This document shows, piece by piece, positions 49,701-58,233 of a stretch of 64,000 bases of DNA; within the stretch, counting starts at the first letter, position 1; each line of letters starts with the position of its first letter. The stretch is from positions 1,056,001 to 1,120,000 of the forward strand of contig OY760505.1 of the NCBI GenBank assembly GCA_963663545.1, read 5' to 3'. The stretch is from Candidatus Delongbacteria bacterium (GTDB taxonomy: Bacteria > CAIWAD01). The translations under genes were made by a program, and so were the position numbers. The notes beneath the pieces were generated by a model. That model saw only the letters and a list, made by a program, of their open reading frames with translations. It did no database searches and was not told the DNA's origin.

Positions 49701-50632
49701 CCGTGCCAGGAGATGCTCCGTCCACCTTCAATCTGCTTACGCCTGACCATCAGGAAGTAGCGAATCAGCTGCAGTTGATCCTGGATTGGGAGAACGCAGT
49801 GGACCCGACACCCGATGACACCGTGCGCTATCGCGTGCAATACAGCACAACATCGACCTTCGAGCTGGCCGAAACCGTGACACATGACAGTCTGCAGCTC
49901 AGCCGCGTGAATATCAGCGGCCTGCAGGATGACACGCGCTACTGGTGGCGTGTCACCGCCTGGGACAAGCAGGGACAATACACCAACTGCAATCAGCAGA
50001 ACTGGTACTTCGACACCTTCGTGCAGGAAGCACCGGAGGCCGCTGAACTACTCTTCCCTGATAATGGCAGCGATGTATCACACACTTCCGTTCTCCTTAG
50101 CTGGAGCGCCGCAGTCGACCCGGATCCAGGCGACGCTGTGTATTACACGGTTTATCTGGCTCCGACAGCGTCCTTCCTTCAGGCGGATTCAGCAGTCACG
50201 GTCGAGTTAGGCGCGTTTACGCCCTTCATGCCCCGTGATGCAATTCGCTACTGGCGAGTGAAGGCCACCGATCTAACCGGACGCAGCAGCTGGTCGGCAA
50301 TCCGCTCCTTTCATGTGAGCAACAACGCCATTCCTCGTCCGGTGCAGGATCTCGCCATTGTGCCTGCCCCTGCAGTCGATGGCGTGGAACTTAGCTGGTC
50401 GGCGATTCCCGGCGCAGACGAGTATCTGATCCACCGCAGCGCGTTCCCATATGAGGGGAGCGCCCTGTACACCACCACGAGCTCCACAACTTGGCAGGAC
50501 AATGGCGTCACTGTTGGCGATCAGCGCTGGTTCTATCAGGTGTATGCCGACGATGTGGATCTGAACAGCCGCTGCTGGCGCAAATTGGACGGAAGTCCGC
50601 TGTTACCGGAGATCAAGGCTCAGGGGAGGTAG
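46721..50632 (+). CDS. Large secreted right-handed parallel beta-helix repeat protein with FN3-like domains
   Basis: True start ATG 46721 (RBS AGGAGA, signal peptide); WSPAGSPY; five L.I..G.E..F...G...S..GSL.A...F...GI.F repeats; NWWGETDGP. Confidence 0.82.
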   Translation: MAHFRRGLGLVAVLLFISGMQAETIVNANISSNQTWSPAGSPYIVTIDAWVYNYDNPVLTIEAGTEVRFEPGASLRIGGTSNTSHLGSLQVQGTLENPVLFQPNGAEAWEGLIFQRYATEGGSSLEYAQISGGGSNGPMVQVDNGTPVFSHCSFSSAVQSGFKSVNTTDAFSMTECDFTNCGTYPIETYTELAHCIAASNSFSGNGSDAVKLMGSTVTASCRVPALPVPYEVTNSVTVYGNSIDTPAVLHLEAGSELRFHSAVQLIIGYSASSSHIGGIDARQVCFRGLVQDPGYWNGIYLMRYTDPDSVCITDCLISDAGSTGRSIQVYSDGSLELSGCTVQNGLGFGLEDQGSTHLLVRDCCFQSVETPINIHCEHFSRIKSGNTYLNNTDNRIEIRGGTVSTDAEWTAQSVPLHVLGNILISASGDYPDLSIPYGSVLEFSQYTGIQVGSTANSGYRGSLSATGTTFRGDTATAGYWSGITFNVHCEPGELNGCIIENAGYSGRSVYTRAATQVITGCTIRNGAGEGIYVYNGTRPEISATRITGCETYPLEIAANDAGAMLEGNDFTGNGNDEILVRSGTISESATWVNPGVPYRLDGTVNVQGTSAPQLRINPGCEIRIPDNFMMIIGSTSNSSYTGSLYATAATFTRDTGGSFHNGIFFANHADDANCLLQDCVVEYGGASSSYANVRCYYSSPTLRNCELRYSNGLGLMLSVATPVVADCEMHHNGDAPVSVRANELFSLSTGNVYHDNARDTILVVANTISTDQTWVDQGIPLLVDGSFVVQAAGDYADLTIETGTELIFPENAQLTVGSGTNSAYRGSLNASGVVFSGREPVPGSWKGIYFAAYAEGGNCLLDRSTIQYGGSDGYGAVRVFRSSPVITNCVIRHSSSAGIQVQYSDAEPLIYGCTILSNETGIRVTNGGQPVIGGSTGNGNSIAGNTNYGVENTGTNDVDATWNWWGETDGPSGVASGSGDAVSAYVLYDPWRVTVPGDAPSTFNLLTPDHQEVANQLQLILDWENAVDPTPDDTVRYRVQYSTTSTFELAETVTHDSLQLSRVNISGLQDDTRYWWRVTAWDKQGQYTNCNQQNWYFDTFVQEAPEAAELLFPDNGSDVSHTSVLLSWSAAVDPDPGDAVYYTVYLAPTASFLQADSAVTVELGAFTPFMPRDAIRYWRVKATDLTGRSSWSAIRSFHVSNNAIPRPVQDLAIVPAPAVDGVELSWSAIPGADEYLIHRSAFPYEGSALYTTTSSTTWQDNGVTVGDQRWFYQVYADDVDLNSRCWRKLDGSPLLPEIKAQGR

Positions 50633-50712
50633 AGCCTTCTTCCGCCTATGTGCCGATTCTGATATTGAACCGGCTTCTGGTTTTGTCCGAAGCTCAGCCA
50701 TGTACACAACAA

Positions 50713-50736
50713 AACGGGCGCCCGCAGGCGCCCGTT
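50713..50736. terminator. Hairpin between convergent genes
   Basis: AACGGGCGCC-CGCA-GGCGCCCGTT. Confidence 0.65.
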
Positions 50737-50759
50737 ATCAACTCAAATCAGCGGCTGGA

Positions 50760-51191
50760 CTAGAATCCGTAGTCGGAACAAGTGGGCATTTCATCCACCA
50801 GAGAATAGGTCGTGGAAGAAGTCACCTCGCCATCCACTGTCCAGCTGATGGTCAGCTCGTCGTCAACTAATTCGTACAGAGTGGTATCGGTGTAGCTGAA
50901 GCCCTCATAAGTCATGGTGAAATAAATGTGTGTATCATCTGCGCGCCATGTACCGGTGTAGGGTTCGCACTGTTCCCAGGATAAAAGCGCCATCACGTTC
51001 TCGTAGGCACCGTCGCTATCCAGCGCATACGTATCCTCGTAGACGGCACTACTATACTGCCATACCGCAGTCAGCAATGCAGGGTGCGAACCATTGTCGT
51101 CGTCGTCGTCATCGTCGCAACCCACCAGCGAAAAGCTGGATACCAGCAGCAGACAGCACATCATCCAGGCAAAGAATTTCCGTTGCTTCAT
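50760..51191 (-). CDS. Small lipoprotein with a poly-Asp tract (lipocalin-like)
   Basis: Lipobox LVGC followed by DDDDDDD; LTAVW and GTW motifs. Confidence 0.7.
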   Translation of the reverse strand: MKQRKFFAWMMCCLLLVSSFSLVGCDDDDDDDNGSHPALLTAVWQYSSAVYEDTYALDSDGAYENVMALLSWEQCEPYTGTWRADDTHIYFTMTYEGFSYTDTTLYELVDDELTISWTVDGEVTSSTTYSLVDEMPTCSDYGF

Positions 51192-51466
51192 TCTTCTTCC
51201 TCGTCAATTCTTGTGAAGTGTTTCGTGCGGTGACAAGTGTAGCATGCAAGAGCTAGAAATCCAAACATCTGCAATAACAAGCACTTTACTCGATAGGCAA
51301 TCGGATGCACACGAAAGTCCTTTTCGGAGCAGAATTCAGCTTCTTATCCCTACAGCGAAATGCTACAATGAACGTTCAGATTCGCGGCTGCACACCGCGC
51401 TTGCAGTACGGCAATATCGAGTTCCAGAATGCGGGTTTGACCCGTCACAATGTTCAGGAGAGGTCC

Positions 51467-52153
51467 ATGCGCATCAGCAATTGTTTACTACCGGCATTGG
51501 CACTGGCCACTTTGATCGCGAGCAGTGGTTCGATGGCAGCTGAACTAAAAGTACCCGATGCAGGCGCAAAGGAGCTTCAGTTCGGCATTGGCAGCAGCTT
51601 CACTCTGCATCAGATTGATCAGTACATGATCTCGTACCAGCAGTATCTATCGAACAAGCTGGCCTGGCGCGCCGACTTTGGCCTTGACCTGAGTAGTACC
51701 GATGGAGATAGCAAAAGCCTGTACTTCAACAGCGAGGGCGAGCCAGCAATCCCCAGCGACGCCGAATATGATCAAAGCAGCTTTGGTGTTCATCTCTGTG
51801 CACAGATCCTTATGTACCCCGTGCAAAAACGCATTAGTCCATTTCTGGGCGCTGGCCTCGAGTGGGCTTATAGCAGCAGCACCCAGGACGAAGTGGAGAA
51901 CTCGATCCAAGATTACTCGCGCGACTCAAGTTACATGAGGGTTGCCGGTGTGGGCTCAGTGGGCGTGCGCTGGCTACTGATGGAACAAGTCGAACTGGTT
52001 GTTGAGACGGGCCTTCACATCGGATACAGTAACCAGGAAGGCGAGAGCACCCAGTACCATTATGATGACGCCCGCGACGAGTACGAATCCGACGTGTCGA
52101 GTTTCTTCTGCGAAGCCAAGGATTTTCGCTTCGCCCTGGCCTTCTGGTTCTAG
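51467..52153 (+). CDS. Outer-membrane beta-barrel protein
   Basis: ATG 51467 after AGGAGAGG; signal peptide; SPFLGAG; ends FWF. Confidence 0.7.
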   Translation: MRISNCLLPALALATLIASSGSMAAELKVPDAGAKELQFGIGSSFTLHQIDQYMISYQQYLSNKLAWRADFGLDLSSTDGDSKSLYFNSEGEPAIPSDAEYDQSSFGVHLCAQILMYPVQKRISPFLGAGLEWAYSSSTQDEVENSIQDYSRDSSYMRVAGVGSVGVRWLLMEQVELVVETGLHIGYSNQEGESTQYHYDDARDEYESDVSSFFCEAKDFRFALAFWF

Positions 52154-52369
52154 AATACTTCAACCGACGATACATCTAAGGGCGCTCGAAAGCGCCCTTT
52201 TGCATTTGACCTCTCCATAAGCGTCGCTTGTACGCATGGTATAGGAGTACTTGAATGTTCTGTCCAACGAATCGCCAATCAAATGATTGCAATATCAGCA
52301 TTTACGATAGATCCAGGCAAAGAGGTTGGACAGAACTTCTGAGTACTCCTATACAGCTAGAGCTCGAGG

Positions 52370-52780
52370 CTATTCGTTGTAGTCGGCGCAAGTGGGAAAA
52401 ATACCCACCGGCACGTACATCCAGTATCCCACGGTGGACGACAGAAACATGTTGCCCTGTGAAAAGCTCAGGCCGCATCGGAGGGTAACATCGTAGTAGC
52501 CGTTCCACATCGTGAGGATGAGGCTGTCGGCGCTTTGAGTATAGCTGCCCTCATACTCGAGACAATTCCCAGTCAGATAGGCGTAATTCAGAACTGCCAG
52601 TGATCCATCGCTCTGAAGGTCCAAGGTCTCCTGCCCAACACCCGTCGTCGTAGTTTGCCACAGACCAACGACAGCAGACTGGCTGCTGCTATTGTCGTCG
52701 TCATCATCGCAGCCGACAAAGGCCAGTGTGCAGCTCAGCAGGCAGGCCCCCAGCAAGGTGGTCTTTACAAAGGCGTGCAT
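52370..52780 (-). CDS. Small lipoprotein with a poly-Asp tract, paralogue-like to 50760-51191
   Basis: ATG 52780 after AAGGAG; lipobox FVGC then DDDDD; VVGLW; C-terminal PTCADY versus PTCSDY. Confidence 0.7.
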   Translation of the reverse strand: MHAFVKTTLLGACLLSCTLAFVGCDDDDDNSSSQSAVVGLWQTTTTGVGQETLDLQSDGSLAVLNYAYLTGNCLEYEGSYTQSADSLILTMWNGYYDVTLRCGLSFSQGNMFLSSTVGYWMYVPVGIFPTCADYNE

Positions 52781-53046
52781 TCCGTCTCCTTGATTCTTAT
52801 GTGCAGTGTATGCGGCGGGAATGTAGTACATGGTAGAAAAAAACCTGCGTGCGTGATACAACCCCAAGCGCGCTCCAAACTTCCGAAAATGCCGATTGTC
52901 GCGAGTCCGTCATGGTTAGTGACAGTAGCGGACACTTGCTGTGAACTGGATCACTGGCGAAGTGCGCGAAAAAGCTGTAAGCTGCGTGCGCGTCCTGCAT
53001 GCAGGATCGAAGTAGTCCGTAAATCGAAAGATACAGGGGGAAAGAC

Positions 53047-53616
53047 GTGAACAGAACGACGACAAGCGCTTCAATTGCCCTTCTGCTGCTGGTTGCAAGC
53101 GCACAGGCACAGTTCGCTGTTGGTCTCAAGAATGTCGAGTTCCATCTGGGACCGAACTTCGTGGATAAAACCGTCCTCGCTGATGGCTCTGTGGCCCTTG
53201 CACTGGGTTTGGGAACCGAGTTCGGCAGCTGGAATGATTTCAGCACCTACTTCCATTTTGACTACTGGTGGGATAGTGACGAAACAAAGGAGTTTGTGGG
53301 CTACAACGGTTACATCCCGGTGTATTCCACGACGGACAACAAGACATCGGAAATCAATCTAAGCCTCGGCGTCAAGCGTGAACTGAAGCTCGCTCTGCCC
53401 TTTACCAGCTATTTCCTGATGGGTGGCGGACTAAGCCTCTACAGTTATGATTTCGCCAGCGACGATGATACTGAGACTGATTTCAGCTTGCACTTGGCTT
53501 ACGAGGCCGATTACAAAATCAGCGATGAGCTGATGGCTTTTGCGCGCATCAAGAAATCCACCAATGGCGGCAATTACCTTGGGCTCCAGGTTGGCGTCAG
53601 CTACCTGATCAAGTAG
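53047..53616 (+). CDS. Small outer-membrane beta-barrel protein
   Basis: Signal peptide ending AQA; amphipathic strands; GLQVGVSY at the C-terminus. Confidence 0.7.
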   Translation: MNRTTTSASIALLLLVASAQAQFAVGLKNVEFHLGPNFVDKTVLADGSVALALGLGTEFGSWNDFSTYFHFDYWWDSDETKEFVGYNGYIPVYSTTDNKTSEINLSLGVKRELKLALPFTSYFLMGGGLSLYSYDFASDDDTETDFSLHLAYEADYKISDELMAFARIKKSTNGGNYLGLQVGVSYLIK

Positions 53617-53852
53617 TGTATCACAACGGGTGAGGGCCTCCAATGTGCTTCAAGGGTCTTTGCTATTGTGCCCTCACCATGAACGACGACTATTGGTTTC
53701 CACGCAGGCGCCGTCTTTCAGAACCACCACATTTGAGTAATACAACAGCGTCCACTCCTTCGGTCTGAAGGAAAAAGGCGAACATCATCGCCCTTGTGAT
53801 ACGTCAGCCAAGATCCGGTTTGTGTCACACGTTGCAAGAAAGCCCACGTGGG

Positions 53853-55481
53853 TTACTCTTCCTGCACTGCAGTGACCCGAAAAAGAACGATCGTCCGCCC
53901 CACCGGCACATCCAGCTCAAGGGATAGCTCGCCAGTTTCGCCGCAGATCTCCCAGGTCGCTCCATCGCGACAGGAATAGACTCGATAGAAATCGGCGTCT
54001 GAAACAGCGGCCCAGGAGAGCAGCAAGCCGCTGGGTGTTCTCTGTATCACGCACACAGGTGCGGCAAGCGCAAGATCTACCTGCAAGGACTGCCGCACCA
54101 TCTCCTCCGGCGGTGCCTTTCCGGTAGTGGACCACAACTCGTACAAAGTATCACCCATCTCATCGGTCACATTTGCATCACGCAGAAACTCCACATACTC
54201 GCGGGAGATTGTCTGGTAGTGCAGAATGGCCTCGACGCTTGCGGCACCCGTCACCAGGGGGTACAAGGCGTCATCCCAATACTGATCATCGGCGTAGCTC
54301 ACGCCGTGACCACGAGGCGCGGATTGAATTTCCTCAAAGGCCGCATTGGTGAAGCCACGCGGCGGAATGCGGTTGTCCCACCAGACGGTATCGTTGATAG
54401 CGAAGTGAAAAGTCGGCCCCGGTGGCAGCTCCAGCACGGAGGACAGCGCGTGTGACACACCGGGTTTGGTCTCGTACTTGCGCAGCCAGGGGTCATCGGC
54501 GATTGTCGCGCTGTCTGCATTATAGGCGCCACTGTGATACACGATTGCGTCTTCTGCATCACGCAGCACCACTTCCAGCCACATGCGGCGTCCTTCAGGG
54601 TAGCCCGTCGGCAGTTTGTGTCCGGTTTCGTTGATCACGCGCACCTGCACCCAGTTCGTATCGGGTCCGGCAAGCTGCGTCAACTCCAGAGTGGCCGCCA
54701 GCGAATGCATGCGGCGTGCACGTGATACAGCAGAATCCACTGCGGCAAGGCTCACCTCGCCGGGATAGAGCTCCGCCGCCTACGCGAAAGCGTTGGGCAT
54801 GTAGGCGCCACTCTCCTGACGATCAAAGACGGGATTGCTCACATCGTGACACGTTCCGCAAAGAGCAGCCGCACGCTGATAGGGCGTGTAATACACAGGG
54901 TGCTGCGCACTGGCACCGATGTATGGTCCGCGCTTGCCCATGTTGGTGCTCACCATGAACATGCCGTCGGCGGCGTGTGTGGGTAGCAAGTCCAGCGTCG
55001 CAACGTAGTTCTGATCCACCGGCCAACAACCTGATGTGTACGCAGCATCTTCGGGAAAAGGATTCTCACCCACGCCCTGCACCGGTACCAGACGGTGACA
55101 CACCTCGCAATGCACCGAGTTGCGATCGGCAGCTGTCAAGGCGGAGCCATCGGTGGGCTCACTGCGTCCCTCCAGCCAACCACCGGGCGTGTGACAACGC
55201 AAACAGAGGTCGCCCACTTCCGGCGCGTCCTGATTGGCCACCGTGAGACAGGCCAGGAAGATTGGATCACGCAGCGCTTGCCCCATCATGCTGCCCTTCC
55301 AGTTGAAGACGGGCTCCACGGTTTGGTTGTAGCCAGCATGGCAGTTACTGCAGGTGCTGATCTGGTTCACGCTCCCGCTTTCGAGGGGCTGTGAGCCGGC
55401 CAGGAAGAAATCGTTGATGGTGGTGGGAACGGCGGCTGCACAGGCTACAGATACGAGCAGAAGCAATAGCCTCAAGCTCAT
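53853..55481 (-). pseudogene. Multiheme cytochrome c family gene split by an in-frame TAG (54780-54782)
   Basis: Signal peptide; CSNCH, CLRCH, CEVCH, CGTCH heme motifs; the same frame continues past TAG into AAELYPGEV...NETGHKLPTGYPEGRRMWL. Confidence 0.7.
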
Positions 55482-55689
55482 GATGGACTCCATAGCATTG
55501 CGGTGTTACGCTATACAAACAGCTGATTGCAGGCAGAATGGGCAAGAGAAAAGCACCCTCCACGCTTGCTTTACGTATCACGAGTTACTGTGCACTCGTG
55601 ATTGTATCACGATCCAGCTACAATGCACATGTCAAAAAGAAAGGGGCGACTGCAGCCGCCCCTGGAAATGATCTTGAATGACTGGATAT

Positions 55690-56642
55690 CTACTTGATCA
55701 ATGTTATCCGGCTCACGGCCTGCTCGCTCTCCGAAGTCAGGCGCAGCAGATACACGCCACTGCTCAAGGCGGAACCATCAAACTGCAGGCTATGCTCACC
55801 AGCTTCAGTCAACCCACTATGTAGCACGCTCACCAACCGTCCACTCAGATTGAACAGTGCCAGCTCGGCGACGCCGGACTCCGCCAGACTGTAGGAAATG
55901 GTCGTCGTGGGGTTGAAGGGATTGGGATATGCGTTGTGCAGTGCGAAGCGCATGGGCGTCTCGCTGGCTTCCGCAGTGCCGCCACAGACGTGGAACAAGC
56001 TTTCATCGTCGATCATGTAGCTGAATGCCGGCGGAACACTGTCAACGCAGACTTCTGTGAGGTAGTCGTTCCAGCGCAGATCAACCATGTTCAGTTCGCC
56101 ACAGGGGCGCAGATCGACGTTGCTTATCCGGGTATCTGTCAGAAAAAGCGTGGACAGATGGGCCTGATTGCTCAGGTCAAGCTCGGTGATATAATTCAAG
56201 CAGAGATCCAGCATGGCCAGTTGCGGGGCACCGCTCAGATCGAGTGCGGAAATGGGGTTATCCATCATCCAGATTTCAACCAAATAAGGTTTGTCGCCAA
56301 CGGTGATCGAAGCTAATGCAGAGTAATCTGAGTAGAAGTACCTGAGGTTGACAAGCGGACTGAGGTCTATTGTGCTGGCTGAAGACATCGTGACGTCAAG
56401 CCGCTGCAGATTCGTAAAGAACTCCAGGCCAGAATAGTCACTGATGGGATAGGATCCACCATGCAAGACGGTGACGGCGGCGGCTTCAGCATAACTGATC
56501 AGGCCATCGCCATCCAGATCGCGTCCCTGTTGGATGAGCGTCAGGCGGAAATTGTCATCCGCAAACTCAACATACTGGGCATAAACCGGGGCCGCCAGCA
56601 TAGAGTCAAGGCCAGCGCACAAAGATGACTCACTCGCATCAT
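55690..56642 (-). CDS. Leucine-rich-repeat T9SS-cargo protein; signal peptide appears frameshifted
   Basis: DLDGDGLIS, LRRs (LQRLDV, LDLSGAPQL), AYPNPFNP tail; the RBS-linked ATGs at 56642/56639 are out of frame with the body. Confidence 0.75.
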
Positions 56643-57166
56643 TCTTCCTCCTCAGTTGTGATTTGTATTACACGCAATGCGCATCCGGACTTGTGAAGCA
56701 GCAGGCTCAGACGGTGAGCCATCCGCCAAATGTGTAAGAGCTCGCACTTGAGTGTCTGCTGCAATCTGCGCCCGGTGAGAATTGCAAATTCCAGCTTTGC
56801 TGCAAAATGAGAATTCGCTCTCAGCACAATTGGCCGTGTGTTGAAGGATGTCCAGGGCATCAGGCGCGCGAGTCGTGCCTGCCGCTGGTGACTTCCCCTC
56901 TCTCGCTTCAGCTCCGGTACTCCCACACATTCTGGTGATGTTCGATTGCGCACCTGCACTCCCGGGAGTTCGCGGGGAACTGCCTCCATCTTCACCCTTC
57001 TCCGAAGAATCACGCTCTCTTTCTATTCCCCCGTCGAAAGCTCATGCAATCCCAGTCCTGCTTTGCGGATCCGGCAATAGCTTGTTTCCGCTTTGTAACA
57101 ACCACCAGCCTAGCGCCACCATCAGCACAAGCGCGCGCAACGTGTCATCGTCTCACTCCTTCTTCG

Positions 57167-57327
57167 TCTTGCTGATACAACAGATACCTGCGGTGGCCTG
57201 GGGGCGTCGGGAGCCGCAAACAGACCGGCGTGACGGCAAGGGCCCGCGCAGTCTTGAGGCTGCGCACGGTCCCGAAACTGTTGGCATGAGGGGCGGTAGA
57301 GGCTACCGCAGGCTTTGGGCATCAAGA
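57167..57327 (+). ncRNA. Candidate structured non-coding RNA, family unassigned
   Basis: Nested stems with G-U wobbles on the + strand (see findings). Confidence 0.35.
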
Positions 57328-57493
57328 GCATAAGTGCTGTCTGTTAATCGCGCATTAGAAATATGGCCGTGAATTGTTTCCAACATATCGAGCGGGATCG
57401 TGATGTGGAAGGAGTACCGCAAGCAGGCTGCTAGTGGTTTAGTGATGTGGATAACGAAAGGCGACGTTTCCGCGAAATACACTTGAATCCAGA

Positions 57494-58204
57494 CTAGTGT
57501 CCCGCCTTGAAACAATCGTAGCACACGGGCTTTGCCAGCGACGTCTTCGCCTTTTTCCCACAGATGTGGCAATACTTCTCTGCGTAGTCAGGGTTCTCGT
57601 ACTTGCGCCAGGACGCAAAGCAACTTGTGCAATAGGGTTTAGCAGGATCTTGATCGATCTTCTTTGCACATCGAATGCACACACCGGATTCTTCTGTGAA
57701 CACCTGTTCGGCAATAGCACGACCGACCTTGGCCAAGCCCTTGAGCAGACTCTTTCCCGCGGCAGCGGCCGCCTGACCAAGGACTGTCCTTGTACGTGTT
57801 TTCAATTGCACCGTGTAGTAGTCTTTGCAATGCCGGTACAGCACGGGATCACTCGTCCGCAAAACTAATTCTTCACTGTTTCTCTGGGAAAACTCATAAA
57901 GGTTCATCGAACCCATGATTACTGTGTCGTCATTCATGTAGAGCTTGGTGTGCAGGTTTTCCGCGTGCCGCACATCGATTCCCCATGCCAACCAGGACTT
58001 CCAGCAATCGGCGTACTTCTCTGCTTCACTTCGGCGAAACACGATTGTGATCTCCACACCTCGCTTGAGCGCCGATTTCAACTGTTGCTCGAAGTGTGGC
58101 CATATGTCGATATAGGGCGAGACAATAAGAAGCTGCTTTCTTGATTCAGCTACGAGATCGCACAGGGCAGCGGAAATCTGGTGGTTATAAAGAATCGTAT
58201 GCAT
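57494..58204 (-). CDS. PLD-family (single HKD) nuclease-like protein with a C-terminal Cys-rich Zn-binding domain
   Basis: IVSPY, LHTKLYMND...GSMNL...N.E; CIRC, CTSC, CHIC, CYDC. Confidence 0.8.
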   Translation of the reverse strand: MHTILYNHQISAALCDLVAESRKQLLIVSPYIDIWPHFEQQLKSALKRGVEITIVFRRSEAEKYADCWKSWLAWGIDVRHAENLHTKLYMNDDTVIMGSMNLYEFSQRNSEELVLRTSDPVLYRHCKDYYTVQLKTRTRTVLGQAAAAAGKSLLKGLAKVGRAIAEQVFTEESGVCIRCAKKIDQDPAKPYCTSCFASWRKYENPDYAEKYCHICGKKAKTSLAKPVCYDCFKAGH

Positions 58205-58233
58205 GTGAACTCCAGAGTACCCGGGGTTGTGTT

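Noticed and set aside
41281..50736. Similar GGCG(A/C)CC-CGCA-GG hairpins at 41282, 46607 and 50713 as a REP family for the RAYT
   Set aside because: All lie right after stop codons, lack a GTAG-type head and differ in stem sequence; ordinary terminators explain them
56968..56981. GTTCCCCGCG resembling the start of a type I-E CRISPR repeat
   Set aside because: One partial copy only; no repeat-spacer periodicity and no cas genes
56860..57000. Possible cobalamin riboswitch upstream of the LRR gene
   Set aside because: Has GGGAA-like fragments but lacks a recognisable B12 box and GCCACTG core
57446..57454. Perfect DnaA box (TTATCCACA on the minus strand)
   Set aside because: Single copy, with no box cluster, AT-rich unwinding element or dnaA/dnaN context; expected by chance
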